IMG/VR virus record: IMGVR_UViG_3300021475_000001
Coordinates: 47,040-111,039 of that record
Direction: 5' to 3' (one strand)
Source of the DNA: a virus
DNA length: 64,000 bases
Every line of letters begins with the position of its first letter. The stretch's first letter is position 1. The position numbers and the translations under genes were made by a program. Shown in pieces: positions 57,523 through 64,000 of the stretch. The notes below the pieces were generated by a model. The model had not been told where the DNA came from. It searched no databases and worked only from the letters and a program-made list of their open reading frames with translations.

Positions 57523-58083
57523 TTGATGGCACAAGGTCGGCGGGTTAACGCACACCTCGAAGTGTTGGAAGAAAACACCCCGATGATCGCTGCGGCGATC
57601 AAGCGATTAGCCAACACTTCGGTTATGGTGGGTATTCCGTCCGATCAGGAAGGGGGAATCCAAAAGCGTACTGACGGTCCCATCAACAACGCCACTATAG
57701 GCTATATTCACGAAACCGGTGCACCAGCGTCGAACATTCCAGCACGTCCCTGGCTTGGTCCTGGTATTCGAATTAATCAGCGGCAGTGGACTGCATTTAT
57801 GAAACGCGCGGGGGAGTTAGCGTTTTCTGGTAAGATGGACGAGGCCGACAGGGCGTGGAACGCTGCCGGTCTGACGGCAGTGTCAGGTGTCAAAGCGCGT
57901 ATCCAATCCAATATCCCACCACCGCTGTCACCAGTGACTGTCGCTCGCCGTGTCGCGCGTCGTGGTGGTGGCGGTGGTCCGGTAACTGCCAGTAGTTTTA
58001 CGGCGCTGATTGACACGGCACAATTTATTAACAGCATCACCTATGTTGTTCGGCAGAAGGGTAAAGGCGGAGGAACTCCCTGA
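57523..58083 (+). CDS. Neck protein
   Basis: VMVGIP, NATIGYIHETG.P..NIPARPWL, LIDTAQFINSITYVVR. Confidence 0.8.
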   Translation: MMAQGRRVNAHLEVLEENTPMIAAAIKRLANTSVMVGIPSDQEGGIQKRTDGPINNATIGYIHETGAPASNIPARPWLGPGIRINQRQWTAFMKRAGELAFSGKMDEADRAWNAAGLTAVSGVKARIQSNIPPPLSPVTVARRVARRGGGGGPVTASSFTALIDTAQFINSITYVVRQKGKGGGTP

Positions 58084-58496
58084 TGCCTACGCTGGATGTT
58101 ACCGACGCTTTTGATAATTCATTCTGGGATGATATTGTGGTGATTCGACGTGTCGCGACTATTGATACCCGTGGTCGGGCATCGACCAAGGATGTGTCGA
58201 TGTCGGCACAGGCGGTGGTCACTGCCGCATCACCAAACGATCTTCAGCGGATGCCTGAGTGGGGCATGATGAACAAGGCGATTTCGCTTTACTCACTGTT
58301 TCGCATTCAGGGACCGGCAACGGATGAAGCGGGAAATGTCACTCACCCTGATGAGATATTATGGCGCAACTCACTGTTTATCGTCAATTTTCTTGAAGAT
58401 TATTCCGGTTATGGTCGTGGCTTTGTTCACGCGGTGGCGATTTCAAAAGGTAATGTCGATTTCCCACCGATACCAGACCCGATAGGGAGTGCCTGA
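58083..58496 (+). CDS. Head closure/head-tail joining protein
   Basis: MP.LDVTD..., PDEILW, DYSGYGRGFV; synteny. Confidence 0.75.
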   Translation: MPTLDVTDAFDNSFWDDIVVIRRVATIDTRGRASTKDVSMSAQAVVTAASPNDLQRMPEWGMMNKAISLYSLFRIQGPATDEAGNVTHPDEILWRNSLFIVNFLEDYSGYGRGFVHAVAISKGNVDFPPIPDPIGSA

Positions 58497-59110
58497 TGCC
58501 GTTTGTGACTGACAGTCGGTTTGCAGGATACTTGGGTCCGGCGTCACCGGGACCGGCACCCGCCGAAGATGATGCGTGGGAAGACTTTTTGCATGATGTA
58601 TTTGCTGGTGTCACTGGTTTGGACCCGACTTTAGTGCGTCCACGATGGCAGCCGGAACCTCCACTGCGGCCGGATATAAATGTCGATTGGATGGCGTTTG
58701 GCACACAATCGACACGTACTGATTTTGTGCCGGTGTTTTATCATCTTGATGATACCGGTGAAGGTTACGATGCGATGCAGGAAATGGAGGAACTCGATAT
58801 CCTGCTATCGTTTTACGGACCCAACTGCGAAAAGTATCAATCCTATTGTCGGCGTGGTCTATTTGTTGACCAAAACCAAGCGGTGTTTCGTGCCAATGCG
58901 GTTGGCATGGTATCGACCACGGGCTTTACCCGCGCAGCGGAACTAGTTAGAGAACGCTGGTGGCCACGAACCGACATGACGGTGACACTGCGTCGTGAGG
59001 TTCGTTACAACTACAATGTTCTCAATCTGTTGCGCGCGCAGGTGACGATGTACAACAACCCGCCGGGTGAAACCAGGATTCTTGTCGATCATATCGACAC
59101 CGGCGATTAA
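58496..59110 (+). CDS. Tail terminator/completion protein
   Basis: GVTGLDPTLVRPRWQPEPP, SFYGP, QN; directly before the sheath. Confidence 0.8.
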   Translation: MPFVTDSRFAGYLGPASPGPAPAEDDAWEDFLHDVFAGVTGLDPTLVRPRWQPEPPLRPDINVDWMAFGTQSTRTDFVPVFYHLDDTGEGYDAMQEMEELDILLSFYGPNCEKYQSYCRRGLFVDQNQAVFRANAVGMVSTTGFTRAAELVRERWWPRTDMTVTLRREVRYNYNVLNLLRAQVTMYNNPPGETRILVDHIDTGD

Positions 59111-59121
59111 GGAGGATCACA

Positions 59122-60618
59122 ATGGCCCAAGGTTTGTCTGTCAGCCGCGTGGTTGATGTTCAGGTGAATTTCACCCCGCAGGCAGTTCCCGCGCAGCGAT
59201 TTGACACCTTGCTGATTATGGGTGACAGTGGTGTCGTTGATACCGGTGAAGCGATTCGCGAGTATAATAGTATCGCCGATGTCGCTGGTGACTTTGGTAC
59301 GACCGCACCTGAATACCTCGCGGCGTCACTATTCTTTGCACAGTTACCACAACCTACTGCCTGTTATATTGGCGCGTGGGCGAACACCCCGACTCATGGT
59401 CGGTTGACTGGTGGGTTATTGACCAGTTTGCAAATGCAGATGTCAAACTGGACTAGTATCCTAAATGGTGCTTTTTCTATTACAGTCGATGGTGGTGCAG
59501 CGACACAGGTACTCGGTATGAGTTTTGCTTCCGCGACTAATCTCAACGCGGTTGCTACCATTATTCAGACGGCGATTCGTGCTGCCATCGTGTCTTCACC
59601 CAACCTGACCTTCACCTGGAATGGCACCCAGTTTATCTGTCAGAGTAGTACTACCGGTCCGACTTCACAGGTGTCGTTCTTGGGTTCGCCAACCGGGGGT
59701 GTCACCGATATTTCGGCACAGTTGATGATGACCAGTGCCACAGCGATGCGTACTACGCCAGGCATCGCTATTGAAACCCCAGTGGCGGCAGTCGCGCGTG
59801 TCGATGGACGGGGATGGTACGCACTCATGTTTGCCGCGTCACGAGTACTGACTGATGTCGAACGTTTGGCGATATCGGGTTATATTGAAGCGTCTGACGA
59901 CAAGCATATGTACGGGATCACCACTAACGCGCAAACTTGTCTCGACCCGTCGAATGTTACTGACATCGGGTCACAGGCCATGCTCGCCGACTATATGCGA
60001 ACAACGGTTATTTGGTCGTTGCACTCGCCTTACGCCGTTGCTTCATTCTTTGGTCGTGCGCTGACGGTGAATTTTGAGGGTAGTAACACTACGCTGACGA
60101 TGAAATTCAAGGTCGAGCCGGGTGTGGTACCGGAGGTGTTGAGCGGTTCGCAGGCAACGACACTCGCCAACAAACGTATCAACGTTTATGTCCAGTACAA
60201 CAACGGCGCGGCGATCACCGAAGAAGGTGTTATGTCGGGACGTGCCTATTTTGATGAAATGCATGGACTTGATTGGCTTTCCAATCGTATTCAGAACGAT
60301 TTGTTCAATGTTCTCTATACCAGTCCTAAGGTGCCGCAGACCAATCCTGGAGTGCATGTTTTAGTGACTACTTGTGATGGTGCACTGTCACAGGGTGTTG
60401 CCAATGGATTGATCGCATCGGGGGTGTGGAACGCCCCGGGATTTGGTGAACTGCATCAAGGTGACACTCTGCACGCGGGTTGGTACACCTTTGCCAACAA
60501 TGTTGATCTTCAGTCACAAGCGGATCGCGAAGCGCGTATTGCGCCGCTTATCCAGATCGCGGTGAAGTTGGCGGGTGCGATCCACTTTGCGGACGTGTTG
60601 ATCAATGTCAACCGCTGA
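59122..60618 (+). CDS. Tail sheath protein (DUF3383)
   Basis: GLSVSRVVDVQV, DFGTTAPEYLAA, MKFKVEPGV, FDEMHGLDW, KLAGAIHFADV. Confidence 0.92.
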   Translation: MAQGLSVSRVVDVQVNFTPQAVPAQRFDTLLIMGDSGVVDTGEAIREYNSIADVAGDFGTTAPEYLAASLFFAQLPQPTACYIGAWANTPTHGRLTGGLLTSLQMQMSNWTSILNGAFSITVDGGAATQVLGMSFASATNLNAVATIIQTAIRAAIVSSPNLTFTWNGTQFICQSSTTGPTSQVSFLGSPTGGVTDISAQLMMTSATAMRTTPGIAIETPVAAVARVDGRGWYALMFAASRVLTDVERLAISGYIEASDDKHMYGITTNAQTCLDPSNVTDIGSQAMLADYMRTTVIWSLHSPYAVASFFGRALTVNFEGSNTTLTMKFKVEPGVVPEVLSGSQATTLANKRINVYVQYNNGAAITEEGVMSGRAYFDEMHGLDWLSNRIQNDLFNVLYTSPKVPQTNPGVHVLVTTCDGALSQGVANGLIASGVWNAPGFGELHQGDTLHAGWYTFANNVDLQSQADREARIAPLIQIAVKLAGAIHFADVLINVNR

Positions 60619-60848
60619 GACACGGACACCGAGGCATGAGGACGCGCCATCGAGCGCTCGCGGCGGCGTATGGGGCGCATGTCATTGCGTGGCGCGCGTG
60701 GAAGTGGCAACGGGTCTGGGGGCCTGAAGGGTCTATGGCCCTTAGGGGATCACGCCGACCGAGAGTACCGACGCGTTTTAAGAGGCCAGATGAGGACAAG
60801 GAACAAAACGCAACTGTGAGGATTTTGTGAAGATAGGAGGACTGAATC

Positions 60849-61322
60849 GTGGCGACGTACTCATTCAACGACAACATGTGTGCGATCTCCGGACCAAATG
60901 GTGCTTTCAATCTGGGTTACGGATCGTGTAATTCCGAGGGGGGTATCTCGGTCACCATGGTCGAAGACAAAAGTACCATGACAATTGGTGCTGATGGTTG
61001 TGTCATGCATTCGCTGCATTCTGGCAAGGGCGCGACTGTCACTATCCGGTTGTTGAAGACCAGCCCGACAAATGCGTTGCTGTCACAGATGTATGCATCT
61101 GACACTGGCACTGTCGGTAATCCGGCAGGAACTGCTAATCACGGACAGAACCAGATCAGTATTCGTGATCTGCAACGCAACGATGTCATTACCTGTCAAA
61201 TGTGCGCGTTTGCGAAGTTTCCTGATGTCACGTTCGCCAAAGAAGGTGGCGAAATGGTGTGGACGTTCCACGCTGGTATCGTTGACTTCATTCTTGGTTC
61301 GGGACTCGCGGTCGCGTTCTGA
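60849..61322 (+). CDS. Tail tube protein (DUF3277)
   Basis: ATYSF...GP.G...G, EDKSTMTIGADG..MHSL, LLKTSPTN. Confidence 0.9.
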   Translation: MATYSFNDNMCAISGPNGAFNLGYGSCNSEGGISVTMVEDKSTMTIGADGCVMHSLHSGKGATVTIRLLKTSPTNALLSQMYASDTGTVGNPAGTANHGQNQISIRDLQRNDVITCQMCAFAKFPDVTFAKEGGEMVWTFHAGIVDFILGSGLAVAF

Positions 61323-61348
61323 CATTAGTCACTTAGGGAGGTGACAAA

Positions 61349-61804
61349 GTGGAAGAACTAGAACTTGAAGGGATGTGGTACCGTACTGGTAAGCTCGACG
61401 CGTTTAAGCAGTTTCACCTGTTCCGCAAGTTGATGCCACTGTTTAGTGGGTTGGGTGAAACTGCCGCGACAAATATTGCCGCTGCGGCAGAACAGGCGGG
61501 CGCTCCCGAATCGATTACGCGATGGTCGGCGCTTGGACCGATAGCGCACGCGATAGCCGAGATGTCACAACAGGACAGCGAGTTTATCATCAAGACCTGT
61601 CTTGGGGCATGTACGCGAAAGAATCCTGTGGGACAGTGGGTACGGCTGACGACACCATCGGGGGAGTTGATGTTTGAGGATATCGATCTTCAGGTGATGC
61701 TGCAACTGTCATTCGCGGTGATACAGGACAATCTGGCACCTTTTTTTCCAGGCCGCCCCCTCAACGGTTCGGGGGTCGAGGTGGCCCAATCATCGAACCC
61801 GTAG
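61349..61804 (+). CDS. Tail assembly chaperone
   Basis: YRTGKLDAFKQFHL.RKL.P..., ELMFEDIDL..MLQL...VI.DNL..FF. Confidence 0.85.
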   Translation: MEELELEGMWYRTGKLDAFKQFHLFRKLMPLFSGLGETAATNIAAAAEQAGAPESITRWSALGPIAHAIAEMSQQDSEFIIKTCLGACTRKNPVGQWVRLTTPSGELMFEDIDLQVMLQLSFAVIQDNLAPFFPGRPLNGSGVEVAQSSNP

Positions 61805-61806
61805 AC

Positions 61807-61986
61807 ATGCACGATGGCGAATACTGGATTATGCGCCCAGTACTCGAAGGCATGTGTCACTACGAGTCGTTGATAAACGGCGCATTGGATTTAGCCGACG
61901 TGTCACGAATGAACGAGGCACTCGACGTGCGCAACGAGAACCAATCGCGTGTACAGGATGCCGTAGAATCGGAACGGAGCCGATAA
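61807..61986 (+). CDS. Chaperone C-terminal (-1 frameshift) partner, DUF6889-like
   Basis: GEYWIMRPVLEGMCHYESL..GALDLADV.RMNEALD; the -1 frame is open from the T7 run at 61741. Confidence 0.8.
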   Translation: MHDGEYWIMRPVLEGMCHYESLINGALDLADVSRMNEALDVRNENQSRVQDAVESERSR

Positions 61987-61990
61987 AAAT

Positions 61991-64000
61991 ATGGCTGACA
62001 CGGTTTTAGAGTCATTTCTGATTAAACTCGGCTATCAGATTGATCAGTCGAGTCAGAAGCAGTTTGTCAACTCAATTCATGACGGACTCAAAAGTGTCAC
62101 CGAGTTCGCCACTGCTATCGTGGGAATGGCGGTGGCGGTTGAAGAAGCGGTGCGTCGTACTTCTGCCCAGATGGCGCGGCTCACTTTTGCTTCCACGATG
62201 GGTGGCACTACTGTTCAACGAATGCGGGAGATTGGCTACGCCGCCGAAGCGGTGGGCGGTAGTTATGAAGGGGCGATTGCTGCACAAGAGAATCTTAATC
62301 AGAAACTGACCGAAGCACCTTGGTTAAAAAGCTGGTTTAAGGCCCAGCTTCACGGTCACTCTGAAGATATCGGCGGGATTATTGACCGATACATAGAACT
62401 TGCTTCCACCATCAAAGGTGAAGAAGAACCGGCGGCAGTCCAGTTTGCCCTGATGATGAAAGATCAGGGACTCATCACTCAGCAGATGTTGTCACAAGGT
62501 TATCGTCTTCGCGAAGAGCGCGCACAAGTTGTTGAGCACTCCAGGACAGTTTCTGCGCTCTTCGCATCGCAGATGAAGACGGCGGAAGCGAACTCGATAA
62601 AGTTAGCCACCTCGTGGACAAATCTAGGTTTCACTGTTGACACTATGTGGAAGTCCGTCACTGGCGGGCTTGCGGGTATTCTTTCAAATATATTTGATAA
62701 GTTTGATCAATGGCTGCAAGCTAATGCGCCAGCGATCAATAAGTTTATGGCCGAACTGGAGCCGTTGGTCAAACAAATCTCAGATGAGGTTCTGGCTTGG
62801 ATAGATGATCTTATTAAAAATCCGAAGAAGATCGAAGATGCTTGGAAAGAAGTCAAAGCTACTTTTATCACCGTTAAGGACGCGGTGATTGCTCTTGGTC
62901 ACGCCGCTAAATGGTGTTGGGAACAACTCAAAGCGATTGACCAGTGGTTCAAGGATATGGGAGCCGATCCGGCGTTGGCGGCTGCTCTTACGGGGGCAGC
63001 GGTGATTCTTGGGACGATGTTTGCTAAGGCTTTTGTTGGTGCCGTTGTAAGTGGGACAGTCAGTCTACCCGGTAAGCTTCTCGGTATGTTGACTGGTGCC
63101 GGTGGTGCAGGGGCTGGTGCAGGGGCTGGTGCTGGTGTAGGTGCTGGTTTGGGGGCGGCGGGTGGTGTCATAGCTGGTGGCGCGGCAGCAGGGGCAGCGG
63201 TTCAACACATCACAGGCAAGGAAGTTCCGTGGTGGCAAATTGGTTTATTGGCGCTGGGCGGTGGTCCAGGCGGGATGTTGGCTGCCGGTGGTGAAGCACT
63301 CTCACGCTATTTTGGCTTGGGACTACCTAAGAAAAACTATCAACATGGTGGTATTGTTCCGATCAATGCCCACCCCGGCGAAATGGTACTACCACAAAAT
63401 ATCAGTACCGGGTTACAGTCATTTTTTAGCGGCGATTCTTCTTGGGATGAGTCACTAGGTGATTTGGGTCACTGGTTGGGTGGTGACACTACCTTTGCTC
63501 CGTTGATGCAGTTTGCCGATCAGGCTTATGACAAATTGGTTGATGTATTTGAAGAGTCACTGCGGCGTGTTTGGCCTAATGCCGATCAGGCTGGTCCTGG
63601 TGGTGGTGCCGGTGGTGGTGCCGGTGGTGGTAGTAGTAAAGAAGGTGAGGGACCGCCCGGTGGTCCCACTCCTGCGGCCGGACTTCTTTCACAACAAGCA
63701 CTGGAAGCTATTGCCAAGGGTGAGGGTACGTTTATAAAGGGTCAGATTGACTACAACCAGATATACGGCAACAAGCACGCCGATCTTGGTAATATGACCC
63801 TGGAACAGGTCATGCGAATGCAGCAAGGTATGGGTGAGCATACACCGGTTGGTGCCTTTCAGATAACCCGTGCGACACTTGGGGATTTGATCAAGTCACT
63901 AAAGCTTGACCCCTCAATGACCAAGATGACGCCGGAAGTCCAGCAACAATTGGCGTCGGAACTCTACCGTCAGCGTGGGTTCAACATGACGTGGGTCAAT
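61991..64000 (+). CDS. Tape measure protein with lambda-lysozyme-like domain (truncated by window end)
   Basis: MADTVLESFLIKLGYQID start; in-frame AIAKGEGT...YNQIYG...GAFQITRATL...PEVQQQLA..L..QRG near the end. Confidence 0.8.
   Translation, partial: MADTVLESFLIKLGYQIDQSSQKQFVNSIHDGLKSVTEFATAIVGMAVAVEEAVRRTSAQMARLTFASTMGGTTVQRMREIGYAAEAVGGSYEGAIAAQENLNQKLTEAPWLKSWFKAQLHGHSEDIGGIIDRYIELASTIKGEEEPAAVQFALMMKDQGLITQQMLSQGYRLREERAQVVEHSRTVSALFASQMKTAEANSIKLATSWTNLGFTVDTMWKSVTGGLAGILSNIFDKFDQWLQANAPAINKFMAELEPLVKQISDEVLAWIDDLIKNPKKIEDAWKEVKATFITVKDAVIALGHAAKWCWEQLKAIDQWFKDMGADPALAAALTGAAVILGTMFAKAFVGAVVSGTVSLPGKLLGMLTGAGGAGAGAGAGAGVGAGLGAAGGVIAGGAAAGAAVQHITGKEVPWWQIGLLALGGGPGGMLAAGGEALSRYFGLGLPKKNYQHGGIVPINAHPGEMVLPQNISTGLQSFFSGDSSWDESLGDLGHWLGGDTTFAPLMQFADQAYDKLVDVFEESLRRVWPNADQAGPGGGAGGGAGGGSSKEGEGPPGGPTPAAGLLSQQALEAIAKGEGTFIKGQIDYNQIYGNKHADLGNMTLEQVMRMQQGMGEHTPVGAFQITRATLGDLIKSLKLDPSMTKMTPEVQQQLASELYRQRGFNMTWVN

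Noticed and set aside
60761-60770. Lone GAGAGTACCG between sheath and tube
   Set aside because: No partner repeat at 18-nt spacing; probably chance.

Overview
64 kb of a tailed dsDNA phage genome with a contractile-tail (myovirus-type) morphogenesis module. The host is probably an alphaproteobacterium (inferred from GcrA-like, DUF2934-like and PEP-CTERM genes). 1-16.7 kb (mostly minus strand): two tandem PEP-CTERM genes, a DNA methyltransferase, class II ribonucleotide reductase, DnaB-like helicase, two ParB-like proteins and many small ORFs. 17-37 kb: accessory region with an SF2-like helicase, a GH16 hydrolase, a second methyltransferase, an XRE regulator, a 1384-aa NUDIX/kinase-like/ADP-ribosyltransferase protein and a type IB topoisomerase. 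37-64 kb: terS, terL, portal, MuF-like, DUF2213 protease/scaffold, capsid, fibre, neck, sheath, tube, frameshifted chaperone, and a tape measure/lysozyme running off the end. The most striking feature is non-coding: eight dispersed segments of a dual-repeat array with a 36-nt unit, AACCA-[8 nt]-GAGAGTACCA-[8 nt]-GAGTG (about 45 units and about 90 mostly unique 8-nt spacers by hand count), always oriented with local transcription. This resembles TIGR guide-RNA arrays, but I recognise no Nop-domain (Tas) gene in the window. Other candidates: a ~600-nt hairpin-dense putative ncRNA downstream of the largest array, and a shared HxHxH / T-x-D / HPR-G-F peptide tag linking portal and scaffold to putative capsid-packaged enzymes. 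All assignments come from reading motifs by eye; no database searches were run.
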